From positions 23,349 through 87,348 of the forward strand of contig NIVC01002194.1 of the NCBI GenBank assembly GCA_002269645.1: 64,000 bases of DNA, written 5' to 3'. Positions within the stretch are counted from its first letter, which is position 1. Each line of letters opens with the position of its first letter. Source of the stretch: Macrostomum lignano (taxonomy: Eukaryota). Below, piece by piece: positions 13,505 through 26,683 of this stretch. Below the pieces are notes generated by a model that did no database searches, was not told where the DNA came from, and worked only from the letters and a program-made list of their open reading frames with translations. The position numbers and the translations under genes are program-made.

Positions 13505-13957
13505 CACAGATACTAAAATAACTAGATGAGCCACTCAGGCATATATACATAGTAAAACTGCTTTCTACTATCAGTTCAGTAGCAAAGAAGAAAATATAAG
13601 CTATTTTATAAAAATAAAAGCAGCTGAAATGACTTTTGATAAGTTTAGAAGCCCAAGCTTGCAGGCGTAAACAACTTGCTAATTGGTTCAGCCATAATGT
13701 ACATTAGCCAGTCCACTGAAATGTACATAGCAGCTTTAGACTGGAATTCCAAGAAAGGCGATAAAAATTGCGGCGGGGCGGGGGGGTAGTGTGGTAAGGC
13801 ACGGTTGGAGGGTTTAAGCTGGGAGGGGGGTAAGAACCGATAAAGGAGCCTTGGCTTAAAAATACATTAAAATGCTTCTGTTTAATTTACTACTGAACTG
13901 AAAGTAGCTTACACGCAAATGTGCTGAGTGGCCCATCTGGTTATTCTAGTAGCTGTC
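13505..13957 (+). mobile_element. hAT-type MITE, ~450 bp, copy A
   Basis: Imperfect TIRs CACAGATACTAAAATAACTAGATGAGCCACTCAG / CTGAGTGGCCCATCTGGTTATTCTAGTAGCTGT. Homologous along its length to inverted copy B. No TSD found. Confidence 0.8.
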
Positions 13958-14678
13958 CATAGTACTGTAGAACGGGTACAAGTGTGGTTTTAAAATGTTT
14001 TTTTAGACAAACAATGCAAATTTTCAGTACGAATCGTAGGGCACGCCTCATCATTTCATTTTTCATGTCGTCAATTCAGCGGCAGACGGAAGCGAAGCAG
14101 CGGCGGCCTGCCTTGAGACTGCGGCGTCCTGAGAAGCGGCGCCTTGTGAACTGTCACTTTTGCCCCTCTTCCCTCACCGAACCGAGCGATGCCCACCCGC
14201 CTCCTCAAAACCCCTCTGTCTCGCGTGTGAAGGGTCCGTGCGATGAACTGAGACGCCTGCCGGAAGCTGAATCGAACATCCGCGTGACGACAGCTTTGAT
14301 TTCCGTTTAATAAAACTGGACGGCTGCAAATTTATCAATCTGGCAGTAAAACAAATTTGTTGGCCCAGTTTTTTCGTTATAATTCGAATTTGCATTGGTT
14401 GCGTGATGACCAATTGAATGGGCGGAACCGAGCACACTGAGCATAAGCTCGATAAATTCACTTCAAGCAGTTTGAAACTTGGTACTGCAGGCAAAGCTAT
14501 ACGAGTTCAGGTTCATGTCCTTTCTATACAGTCTAGCAAAAGCTTAACGAAAGATTATGGGACATCGGCAACGGGCAAGAATGCAGTTGTGTCCACGCTC
14601 TAGATGTACTTCGCAAAGGTCTGCTGCTCGAATTTTGTGAAATGGACTTTTACGAGACGAGCGTACCTTAGACAAACC

Positions 14679-15696
14679 CACAGCTACTAGAATAAGATGG
14701 GCCACTCAGCACATTTGCGTGTAAGCTACTTTCAGTTCAGTAGTAAGTTAAACAGAAGCATTCTAATGTATTTTTCAAGCCAAGGCTCATTTATCGGCTC
14801 TTACCCCCCTCCAGCTTGAACCCTCCAACCGCGCCTTTCCACACGGGGGCGCTTCATAAGACCTAAATTTCACAACGCCTAAAGCACGTGACTTCACATC
14901 ACCTAAATTTCATAACGCCTAAATTTCACAACGCCTAAAATCGAAAATGCAGCCTCCTTCACAACGCCTAAATTTCACAACGCCTAAAATTTCTGCACGC
15001 TCCTTCATATCGCCTAAATTTCATATCGCCTAAATTTCATAACGCCTAAAACCGAAAATGCATCCTACTTCACATCACCTAAATTTCATATCGCCTAAAT
15101 TTCACAACGCCTAAAAATCTGCATGCTCTTTCATATCGCCTAAACTTCATATCGCCTAAATTTCATAACACCTAAAACTGAATGTGAAGGAGAGAAGCAA
15201 AGATTTTAGACGTTGTGAAATTTAGGCGATATGAAATTTAGGTGATGTGAAGGATGCTGCATTTTCGGTTTTAGGCGTTGTGAAATTTAGGCGATGTGAA
15301 AGAGCGTGCAAATATTTTAGGCGTTGTGAAATTTAGGCGATATGAAATTTAGGTGTTGTGAAGTGTGGTGGTTTTAGGCGTTGTGAAATTTAGGTCTTAT
15401 GAAAGCGTCCCTTCCACACTACCCCCCACCCGCCTCAATTTTTAATTGCCTTTCTCGAAATTCCAGCCTAAGCTGCCATGTACATTTCAGTGAACTGGCT
15501 AATTTACATTACTGCTGAACCAATTAGCAAGTTGTTTACGCCTGCAAGCTTGGGCTTCTAAACTTATCAAAGTCATTTCAGCTGCCTTTTTATAAAATAG
15601 CTTATGTATTCTTTTTTGGTACTGAACTGAAAGTAGAAAGCAGTTTTACTAAGTATATGTGTCTGAGTGGCCCATCTTGTCATTTTAGTATCTATG
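14679..15696 (-). mobile_element. hAT-type MITE copy B, inverted relative to A and interrupted by a foldback insertion
   Basis: Reverse complement of copy A once 14845-15411 is removed. CA...TG termini. 8-bp TSD GACAAACC at 14671-14678 and 15697-15704. Confidence 0.85.
14845..15411. mobile_element. Foldback element with GGG...CCC termini and 8-bp TSD
   Basis: Long inverted arms built from CCTAAATTTCACAACG subrepeats. TSD TTCCACAC at 14837-14844 and 15412-15419. Confidence 0.9.
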
Positions 15697-16218
15697 GACA
15701 AACCCGGCTGAAATATCTTTAAAACTTTGGTCACTTAACAAACTCTTGTTTACTTCAAAGATTAAGAAACTTGGGAACTGAGCTAGGAAAACAAATGCAC
15801 ACTAATTGCTTGATTTGCAACATTTGAAAGAGCATATGGTGAGATACATGTAGTGTCAGTTTAGTGTTGAGAAACACAAAAAAAACTTCCTATCAACATG
15901 CAGCCTCAAGGGAAATTTTGCACGATTTTGCAAGCGTAGCTTTCTTCTACTGAAAGTCGTGTATTTCGCGTAATTGTACATTTCAGTTTCTTGGTTAGAA
16001 ATGATCTAGTTAGATACTGTGCTCATGTAAACGAACTCACATGGAGAAATGTTGCGCGTTCAATGTTTTTCTCGCCAGATCTCTCCGCTCAGCGCTGATC
16101 TCTTTATCTGAACGGCTCTTATCAACGGCAATTATGAAATAAAATCGACAGAGTTTTAGGCTACAGGGGCCCCAGCCCAGCCTAGTGCAGAGTGTGACTC
16201 TTACATGAGCCTAAAAAC

Positions 16219-16797
16219 ATGAAAACTGACGAACGCCGCTTCTGGTTCTGCTTCGCGGCGCTGCAGCTGTCACTCTGCCTGGCTGCCGCGCCTCTGGCCT
16301 GGCTGTCCGTCAGCCTGGCCAATGACGTGCCAGCTGTTATCGTTACGGCCGTCGGTGCCGCTCTGTGCTTGGCCTCCGTAGCTTTACTGTGCTCGGCGCA
16401 GTTTGCTGAAGGCGCCGCCTGCCTGACCCGCCTGCTGTGGCTGCGGGTGTTCACCGCCGGCTCGGGCGCTTGTGCACAGCTCGCCGCGGTCGGCCTGCTG
16501 CTGTTTGGCGCAGCAAATCGGCGTCTGCTGCCGACTGAAGCCGACGCGATCTGCGTGGCCATCCTGACCGGCTTAGCGGCGGTGAATTCGGCGCTGGCCG
16601 CGTCGGCCTGCGTGCACATCTACAACTGCGTGACCGCGGTGCGGCTCAGCTGGCGGGTGGCGGCGGCCCTCGAGGACGAGGCTGACGTCTTTGGACAGGC
16701 CGTCGACAGCAGGAGCAGGAGCGTCGCTCCGGTTGACTTGGAGGAGTCGGAAAAAGTTGTTGACGAATCTGGCGGGCAGCTGGAGCTGGACAGTTGA
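16219..16797 (+). CDS. Intronless 192-aa protein with about 4 hydrophobic (TM) segments and an acidic C-tail; family not recognised
   Basis: ATG-started GC-rich ORF in an AT-richer background. Hydrophobic blocks at about aa 9-32, 39-60, 72-97 and 110-135. Non-repetitive. Confidence 0.65.
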   Translation: MKTDERRFWFCFAALQLSLCLAAAPLAWLSVSLANDVPAVIVTAVGAALCLASVALLCSAQFAEGAACLTRLLWLRVFTAGSGACAQLAAVGLLLFGAANRRLLPTEADAICVAILTGLAAVNSALAASACVHIYNCVTAVRLSWRVAAALEDEADVFGQAVDSRSRSVAPVDLEESEKVVDESGGQLELDS

Positions 16798-17319
16798 AGT
16801 AGAAGGATGCTGGACTCAACTATCCTCATCTACTGAGCTTGGGGGCATCCGTTTGCCCCATAAGTTTACAGGTTAGGCAAGACATTTTTGTCTTGCAGGC
16901 AAAGTCGGTCCTATTTTTTGCTTATATATTTCTTGGCAGTGTTTCTTAATGTCAATCATCTCAATGTGTTGCCGGTCGATTGAGTATTTTTTTTAGCAAA
17001 ACAGTTCAGTGGCAAAAATCATTTGCGTCTTGCAGTGAAAACCGGCCTTCAGTGGATTTTTTTGCACGATTATTCGAGTGTGGCGCGCTTTTGAATCTAC
17101 GCTCGTAGGATTTCGTGAGTAGACAGCCCTGGAGGGGGAGCCAGAACTTTGCTGCTTTTCAAGCAAGTCTTTCAGTAGTAGCTTCTGATTCGTGTATTCG
17201 CGACCTGTCGTTTGTTCTTTATTCCAGTTGATAAATACGTTTGAAGTTAATTTGTACTACTAGCTACAAAAAATGGTCTTTAATAACAATCATTAGCGAC
17301 GGATCGAAAAGCTGTCTTA

Positions 17320-17885
<566 letters not shown>

Positions 17886-18744
17886 GTATCAGAGCCTCTT
17901 CAAGGTACTCAAGCATGAAATACTTTAATGTGTGTTGACTTACTGGATGATTTTGTGGAGCCTGGGACTTGAAGAATCAGGAAGACTTTTTTAAGACTTA
18001 AGAGTTCGTATGTTTGTTGAAAGATGCAGGATAAAAAATTCAACTCGCGCCCTTAAATTTCGCGAGCCTGCTGCTACACTCGTAGATTCTTGATTGATGG
18101 ACCCACGAGTGTTGTATGAAGAACCTTGCAAATAAGAATCGCTGCTTTACAATAAAAAAGCGTTGCAGTTCGGCTTCAAAAATGTTTATTTCCATATGAA
18201 ATGTAAAGCATATCAAATATTGGAATATCAAATAATATGAATGAAAAAACATCAATATTGCGTATGAATCACTTACTGCTAGTAGTGCGGATAGATACCT
18301 CAGCCGAAAGTGCATCTGACTATCTCACTGGGTTAACTAAAACTAATAGTGCGTCTCGTGCGCAATTTTTCTTTTAAATAAAAAAATATGATTGGGAGGT
18401 TGCCTTGTTTCAATTGTTTGTTTAGTTTGGCTTTAAAAAAAGACAAGAATATTTGCAATCGCAGTTGTTAAGTAGACTCAGACAGTCATTTGTAGTCAGG
18501 CCATCGATGTGGGATTTTTTGACAATGTTTCCTGCAGATTTCCTCTCCTTCGGTGATGGAGAAGCCTGTCTATAGGGTCAAAGTTCCCAGGCATAAAATA
18601 ACATTGGAAAATAGAGTTTTGTCTTCCCAACTGGTTTTCTACTTTCAGCTCCTTCAAACCTCAACCGGGCTGGATCACAGTGTAAACATCACGTGACGAA
18701 TAATAGAAATAGGTACTTGACAAGAACAACACAAAATACTAGCA

Positions 18745-20130
18745 TTGAAGTGATAGAGCTCCGCTACCATCCTACAAATCATTCGATGGAGCTCCGCTAC
18801 CCTCCTACAAAACATTCGATGGAGCTCCGCTACCCTCCTACAAATCATTCGATAGAGCTCCGCTACCATCCTACAAATCATTCGATGGAGCTCCGCTACC
18901 CTCCTACAAAACATTCGATGGAGCTCCGCTACCCTCCTACAAAACATTCGATAGAGCTCCGCTACCATCCTACAAAACATTCGATAGAGCTCCGCTACCA
19001 TCCTACAAAACATTCGATAGAGCTCCGCTACAATCCTACAAAACATTCGATAGAGCTCCGCTACCCTCTCACGAAACATTCGATAGAGCTCCGATACCCT
19101 CCTACAAAACATTCGATGGAGCTCCGATACCCTCCTACAAAACATTCGATAGAGCTCCGCTACCCTCTCACAAAACATTCGATAGAGCTCCGCTACCCTC
19201 CTACAAAACATTCGATAGAGCTCCGCTACAATCCTACAAAACATTCGATAGAGCTCCGCTACCATCCCACAAATCATTCGATAGAGCTCCGCTACCCTCC
19301 TACAAAACATTCGATGGAGCTCCGATACCCTCCTACAAAACATTCGATAGAGCTCCGCTACAATCCTACAAATCATTCGATAGAGCTCCGCTACCATCCT
19401 ACAAATCATTCGATAGAGCTCCGCTACCCTCTCACGAAACATTCGATAGAGCTCCGATACCCTCCTACAAAACATTCGATGGAGCTCCGATACCCTCCTA
19501 CAAAACATTCGATAGAGCTCCGCTACCCTCTCACAAAACATTCGATAGAGCTCCGCTACCCTCCTACAAAACATTCGACAGAGCTCCGCTACCCTCTCAC
19601 GAAACATTCGATGGAGCTCCGCTACCCTCCTACAAAACATTCGATAGAGCTCCGCTACCCTCCTACAAAACATTCGATAGAGCTCCGCTACCATCCTACA
19701 AATCATTCGATAGAGCTCCGCTACCCTCCTACAAAACATTCGATAGAGCTCCGCTACCCTCCTACAAAACATTCGATAGAGCTCCGCTACCATCCTACAA
19801 AACATTCGATAGAGCTCCGCTACAATCCTACAAAACATTCGATAGAGCTCCGCTACCCTCTCACAAAACATTCGATAGAGCTCCGCTACCCTCCTACAAA
19901 ACATTCGATAGAGCTCCGATACCATCCTACAAAACATTCGATAGAGCTCCGCTACAATCCTACAAAACATTCGATGGAGCTCCGATACCCTCCTACAAAA
20001 CATTCGATAGAGCTCCGCTACCCTCCCACAAAACATTCGATAGAGCTCAGCTACCCTCCTACAAAACATTCGATAGAGCTCCGATACCCTCCCACAAAAC
20101 ATTCGATAGAGCTCCGCTACCCTCCTACAA
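18745..20130. repeat. 33-bp minisatellite CATTCGATAGAGCTCCGCTACCCTCCTACAAAA, about 40 copies
   Basis: Read directly; ends ~50 bp from the GPCR stop codon. Confidence 0.97.
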
Positions 20131-20177
20131 AGCCTTCCATGAAGTGCCATGCCACCCCTCGCCAAGCCAGTGCTTAT

Positions 20178-22067
20178 TTATCGAGTTGTGCCAGCGGCGG
20201 CGCTCCTAGATTCCCAGTCTTCGCTGCCGGCAGAGTAGCTCTTGCCGCCACCGCCTCCTCCGCATTCTCCTCTTCCACAGGTCCGGTAGACGGCTACAAC
20301 GAAAGCCTGTCGAATCCGCGGCATGAAGGCAAAGTAGATAATTGGGTTCACCAGCGAGTTCAGGCTCACCAGGAACAGGGTGATGTTGTAGAAGAATGAC
20401 AGGAAATTGTTGGCGATGAGGCCGAAAGCGATCAGCAAGAAGTTGGTCTGGTTGGCGGCGAAGCAGAGCACGTAGGCGACCCCGGCTATGGTGAAGGTCT
20501 TGATCAGAACGCGCGAGGCCGCCAGCTTCTTGCAGGCCGCCTGCTGCTGCTGGGTGGTGAACTTGAACCGCTTTCGCAGCTCAACGATCATCCAAGCGTA
20601 GCAGACGGTCATGTTCACCAACGGGAAGGCGAACTTCACGGCGTAGTTCAACAGGCCGTAGGCGAAGGCCAGCTCCGGGGCACCAGGCCGGACAGGATGC
20701 AGCATCCGGCCGTCGGTCCGTCCGGGCTGCCGCGCCGAAAGTCGGCCAGGCCGCGCCACTGATGCGCCAGGCCGAGCAGCCAGGCCAGGCCGCAGGCCAG
20801 CCGAATCTTCCACAGCTGACGGCGCACCATTGGCCGCACGATGGCGAAGAAGCGTTCGAGAGTGATGATCTGCAGGTTGAACTGCGGGCAGAGCGAGGTG
20901 ATCGTTGGAAATCGAGTCTTCCACTGAAAGATTTCTCTTGGTGGGCTCCCCCTGTCTCTTGGTGGGCTCCCCCTGTCTCTTGGTGGGCTCCCCCTGTCTC
21001 TTGGTGGGCCCCCCCTGTCTCTTGGTGGGCTCCCCCTGTCTATTGGTGGGCTCCCCCTGTCTCTTGGTGGGCTCCCCCTGTCTCTTGGTGGGCTCCCCCT
21101 GTCTCTTGGTGGGCTCCCCCTGTCTCTTGGTGGGCTCCCCCTGTCTCTTGGTGGGCTCCCCCTGTCTCTTGGTGGGCTCCCCCTGTCTCTTGGTGGGCTC
21201 CCCCTGTCTCTTATCGTATCATTTCCTAGGAGCGTATTTTCTCTGTTTTCGCGCGTGGTGGCCCCTAATTGGGCCGTTTTATATTGTGCGTGTTGTGCGT
21301 ACGATCTACATGTATTTAGAGCGATTCGCAAAATAGTTGCGCGATCAATAATTTAGGTCTCTCACGCGTAGGGAAAGGTCCAGTTTCGTTAATTTTCAAT
21401 TTAGCCTGATCCTCATCGCGGTTTACTCTCTCCTCTAACTTTTATACGACCGTTCAAACATCCCTTTCCGCCATTTGCTAAGGTAGCTTCATGTGTTAGT
21501 TTTTCATATTTGTCCTACTAAGCAATCGGTCAGGGACAGGGCAATTGTCATTAGATTCACACAGATGAAGCACAGCCACCACCCCCAGGCAAATTCTGTG
21601 TACACAACTAAAAACGAATGAGTCAGGCCGTCCCTGTACACCCTGAGTGACCGGACTTCAGGCAGTCTCTCTGTTCCGTACGCAGCAACAGCATATGAGT
21701 GAAGTCTCACCGTGCTGGCATTGACCAGAATCCAGACGGCGCTCTGGCTGAACCACAAGTGACAGGCGATGCTACCCAACAGGTTCTCAGGCACCCTGCT
21801 GGGCAGGTGCACGGTGGACCACTTGACGGTGGTCACGGCGCAGGTGGCCAAGTCGATGACCGACTGGTTGATGACCAGCAGGCGCGGGTTGCGGCTCATG
21901 TGCATGTGGCGCCTGCACAGCAGCCAGATCACCACGGCGTTCAGAGCGATGCCAGCAATGGCGAAGCCCAGGTAGATGTAGGGCGCCGCGTCGCTTAGCC
22001 AAGTGCTGTTGGCGTGGGTCTCCGAGTACTCTTTGATGCAGACCTCAGCCTCCGAATCGTTGCTCAT
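20178..22067 (-). CDS. Class A (rhodopsin-like) orphan GPCR; exons 22067-21711 and 20881-20178; ~353 aa after one 1-bp correction
   Basis: Exon 1 MSNDSEAEV...GIALNAVVIWLL...QSVIDLATC...WILVNAST|GTGAGA. Exon 2 CCCGCAG|FNLQIITLERFFAIVRP...; then after a shift at the G-run 20677-20680, ELAFAYGLLNYAVKFAFPL...NSLVNPIIYFAF. ERF, TM5 Pro and NPxxY motifs present. Exon 2 is 704 nt, one short of a multiple of 3. Confidence 0.88.
20934..21210. repeat. 21-bp minisatellite GGTGGGCTCCCCCTGTCTCTT, about 13 copies, in the GPCR intron
   Basis: Read directly. Confidence 0.97.
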
Positions 22068-22127
22068 GCTTCTCGGCTTCTGAAGGCAAAGCGAAAAACT
22101 GTTAATTAAATTAAGATTCTTAAGTCT

Positions 22128-24225
22128 GAAACCCGTGTCCGAAACCCGTGTCCGAAACTCGTATCCGAAACCCGTGTCCGAAACCCGTGCCCGAAACTCG
22201 TATCCGAAACCCATGTCCGAAACCCTTGTAGAAAACCCGTGTCCAAAACCCGTGTCCGAAACCCGTGTCCGAAACCCGTGTCCGAAACCCGTGTCCGAAA
22301 CCCGTGTCCGAAACTCGTATCCGAAACCCATGTCCGAAACCCGTGTCTGAAACCCGTGCCTGAAACCTGTGTCCGAAACCCGTGCCTGAAACCCATGCCT
22401 GAAACTCGTGTCCGAAACCCGTGTCCGAAATCCATGTCCGAAACGAATTCCCGGAATCCACTCCCGAAACCCGTGTCCGAAATCCATGTCCGAAACACAT
22501 TCCCGAAATCCACTCTCGAAACCCATGTCCGAAACCCGTGTCCGAAACCCGTGCCTGAAATCCGTGTCCGAAACCCGCGTCCGAAACCCGTGTCCGAAAT
22601 CCATGTCCGAAACACATTCCCGAAATCCACTCTCGAAACCCATGTCCGAAACCCGTGTCCGAAACCCGTGCCTGAAATCCGTGTCCGAAACCCGCGTCCG
22701 AAACCCGTGCCTGAAACCCGTGTCCGAAACCCGTGTCCGAAACCCGTCCTTGAAACCCGTGTCCGAAACCCGTGTCCGAAACTCGTATCCGAAACCCGTG
22801 TCCGAAACCCGTGCCCGAAACTCGTATCCGAAACCCATGTCCGAAACCCTTGTAGAAAACCCGTGTCCGAAACCCGTGTCCGAAACCCGTGTCCGAAACC
22901 CGTGTCCGAAACCCGTGTCCGAAACTCGTATCCGAAACCCATGTCCGAAACCCGTGTCTGAAACCCGTGCCTGAAACCTGTGTCCGAAACCCGTGCCTGA
23001 AACCCATGCCTGAAACTCGTGTCCGAAACCCGTGTCCGAAATCCATGTCCGAAACGAATTCCCGGAATCCACTCCCGAAACCCGTGTCCGAAATCCATGT
23101 CCGAAACACATTCCCGAAATCCACTCTCGAAACCCATGTCCGAAACCCGTGTCCGAAACCCGTGCCTGAAATCCGTGTCCGAAACCCGCGTCCGAAACCC
23201 GTGTCCGAAATCCATGTCCGAAACATATTCCCGAAATCCACTCTCGAAACCCATGTCCGAAACCCGTGTCCGAAACCCGTGCCTGAAACCCGTATCCGAA
23301 ACCCGTGTCCGAAACCCGTCCTTGAAACCCGTGCCTGAAACCCGTGTCCGAAACCCGTGCCTGAAACCCGTGTCCGAAACCCGTGCCCGAAACTCGTATC
23401 CGAAACCCATGTCCGAAACCCTTGTAGAAAACCCGTGTCCGAAACCCGTGTCCGAAACCCGTGCCTGAAACCCGTGTCCGAAACCCGTGTCTGAAACCCG
23501 TGCCTGAAACCGTGTCCGAAACCTGTGCCTGAAACCCGTGTCCGAAACCCGTGCCTGAAACCCGTGCCTGAAACCCGTGTCCGAAACCCGTGTCCGAAAC
23601 CCGTGTCCGAAACCCGTGTCTGAAACCCGTGCCTGAAACCCGTGTCCGAAACCCGTGTCTGAAAACCGTGCCTGAAACCCGTGTCCGAAACCCGTGTCTG
23701 AAACCCGTGCCTGAAACCCGTGTCCGAAACCCGTGTCCGAAACCCGTGTCCGAAACCCGTGGCTGAAACCCGTGGCTGAAACCCGTGCCTGAAACCCGTG
23801 TCCGAAACCCGTGCCTGAAACCCGTGTCCGAAACCCGTGCCTGAAACCCGTGTCCGAAACCCGTGTCCGAAACCCGTGTCCGAAACCCGTGCCTGAAACC
23901 CGTGTCTGAAACCCGTGCCTGAAACCCGTGTCCGAAACCCGTGTCCGAAACCCGTGTCCGAAACCCGTGTCCGAAACCCGTGCCTGAAACCCGTGTCCGA
24001 AACCCGTGTCTGAAACCCGTGCCTGAAACCGTGTCCGAAACCCATGCCTGAAACCCGTGGCTGAAACCCGTGGCTGAAACCCGTGGCTGAAACCCGTGGC
24101 TGAAACCCGTGTCCGAAACCCGTGTCCGAAACCCGTGTCCGAAACCCGTGCCTGAAACCCCTGTCTGAAACCCGTGTCCGAAACCCGTGTCCGAAACCCG
24201 TGTCCGAAACCCGTGTCCGAAACCG
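22128..24225. repeat. 13-bp satellite TCCGAAACCCGTG with ~0.6-kb higher-order blocks
   Basis: Read directly. Variant motifs recur (GAATTCCCGGAATCC at ~22446 and ~23057; CCTTGTAGAAAA at ~22223, ~22848 and ~23420). Confidence 0.96.
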
Positions 24226-25160
24226 TCGATAATGGAATATTAAAAAGTCCTAAAACAAGAAATGTTAGCATTTTTCTGGACTTTGTATACAGAGTGTGAA
24301 ATTAAAAGCAATTGACTTACCGTCAGTTATTAGTAAAATATTTTATCAAATTAATTTCTTGATAACAGTGTTCCCAAATCCCACGCTGGACTCAGAGCTT
24401 CAGAGCTTTATACTTGCAGAGTCACCCTTCATTCGCTGATATCCTTGCCTGCCAATCATTGGCTGGTTAACTCAGTTCATTGACGAGTCCTGAGTCTCCC
24501 TTTGGATATTGGCTGAGTCAGCTAAATAGATCCGAAACGCCTAACAAGACTGGACAGGTACTGAATCCTAAAACTGTATTTATTAGTACTGAAAATTCTT
24601 TCAGTATCTAGCAGCTGAAGTGAGTTTACGGTAGATGCACAGCATGCAGTCTTCCTAAATGAAAGCTGTACTTACTGCGTCGAAAGTACAATTTTATTAA
24701 ATATCTGAGTTGACTAAAAATAAAAAAATAATTTTAAAAATTGTGAAGCCCGGAACTGCGTTACTAATAAATTTCAATTGATCAATTCGTAAAAATTTAA
24801 TAATTATAATTGAAGTTGAATTTTTGTAAAGAATGAAAATGACGATTTTATTACGGTCTGGTGCAGAACAGGATATGCTGAGAAACATCTATAATAATGA
24901 TTGGCCCTCAAATTCTTCAACACGTCATCGGTAGAGACAGAAGTGGTCCGGCCGAGTGTACGAGCGTATCTCAAAATTAATGAGCACTTCCGGTGCCTTC
25001 CTCTTATCCCTACTTGCTGACTGAAGCAGTAAGACGCAGCTCTCGTAAGTCCCGAAAGTACACATTCCGGAGATGCTGGACGGTCTCTGGTACTCGTACT
25101 GCATCACTTCTGAGGAAAAAAAGCTGAGCACAGAACACACACACAGGTTTTCGGTCTGCC

Positions 25161-25467
25161 AATAATAATAACAATAATTGACTACACCTGCCCTAATGGC
25201 CAGTTGTGCAACCGACAGCTCAGCCGCAGCTATTGCGCGGCGTATCTGAAGGCTGCGTACGGCTTTCAGTCCAAGGACTTGGTGGTCGCCACACACAGCC
25301 TCAATTACCCCAGCTAATGCTGGCACCCATTTTACAGCTGGGTGAACTGAAGCAATGCAGAGTTAAGTGTCTTGCTCAAGGACACAAATTGTTCCTGTGG
25401 GATCGAGAATCGAACCCCCGACCTTCAAGTCGTGAGTTCGACGCTGTATCCACTAGGCTACAACCCC
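25161..25467 (-). mobile_element. tRNA-derived CORE-type SINE, copy 2 (more complete head)
   Basis: Minus strand GGGGTTGTAGCCTAGTGG...GGTTCGATTCTCG...GTGTCCTTGAGCAAGACACTTAAC...CAGCTGTAAAATGGG...TTATTATTATT; homologous to 6907-7203. Confidence 0.87.
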
Positions 25468-25594
25468 TCTCGGTCAGCCAGAAATCCAGTAGTTCAGCAT
25501 TTAACGTAAAACTTGTACCGAACTTACAACTTTAGTTCGTTCAATGCTCTAAGATTTGTCAGCGAAACTGTTCTCGAAACATTGTGTCTCGAAG

Positions 25595-26224
25595 CTATGG
25601 GCGAGTTGCTATGGGCGAGTTGCTATGGCGAGTTGCTATGGGCGAGTTGCTATGGGCGAGTTGCTATGGGCGAGTTGCTATGGGCGAGTTGCTATGGGCG
25701 AGTTGCTATGGGCGAGTTGCTATGGGCGAGTTGCTATGGGCGAGTTGCTATGGGCGAGTTGCTATGGGCGAGTTGCTATGGGCGAGTTGCTATGGGCGAG
25801 TTGCTATGGCGAGTTGCTATGGGCGAGTTGCTATGGGCGAGTTGCTATGGGCGAGTTGCTATGGGCGAGTTGCTATGGGCGAGTTGCTATGGGCGAGTTG
25901 CTATGGGCGAGTTGCTATGGGCGAGTTGCTATGGGCGAGTTGCTATGGGCGAGTTGCTATGGCGAGTTGCTATGGGCGAGTTGCTATGGCGAGTTGCTAT
26001 GGGCGAGTTGCTATGGGCGAGTTGCTATGGGCGAGTTGCTATGGGCGAGTTGCTATGGGCGAGTTGCTATGGGCGAGTTGCTATGGGCGAGTTGCTATGG
26101 GCGAGTTGCTATGGGCGAGTTGCTATGGGCGAGTTGCTATGGGCGAGTTGCTATGGGCGAGTTGCTATGGGCGAGTTGCTATGGGCGAGTTGCTATGGGC
26201 GAGTTGCTATGGGCGAGTTGCTAT
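25595..26224. repeat. 14-bp minisatellite GGCGAGTTGCTATG
   Basis: Read directly; occasional 13-bp units. Confidence 0.97.
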
Positions 26225-26683
26225 GCAGCGCATCGGATAGCAGTGAGCGCTCTCCACCACCTGGGCAGCATCCGTATCGGCAGTCGATCGAGCGTCCAGC
26301 TGCCGCTCCGCCAGCAGCCAGGCTCGAGGAATCTCGCACAGCAAGCCGGCCAGATGGCCGAAAACGGCAGCAACGAGCAGCCAGAAAGCCGTTCCGCGCT
26401 CCGCCCAGATCGACTCGCCCTCGCCGGGCCCGATGGCGCCATCAGACCTTCGACTGCTGCCGCTAGGCGGCGGGGCTCCGCTGACAGTTGCTTGGCGCCG
26501 ACTTCGCCGCAAGCCAGACAGGCGATCTGCGCCGTCAGTGCGCCGGCCAGCAGGCCGACATCGGCGGCAATTGCGACAGTCATTGCGGAGTCCGGAAAGG
26601 CCGCAACGGCGGCGTGGAAGGCCAGGCTGCCAACTGAGGCGGCGAGACCGCCCGACAGGAACACAGCAGCTGAGCGCCAGTTC

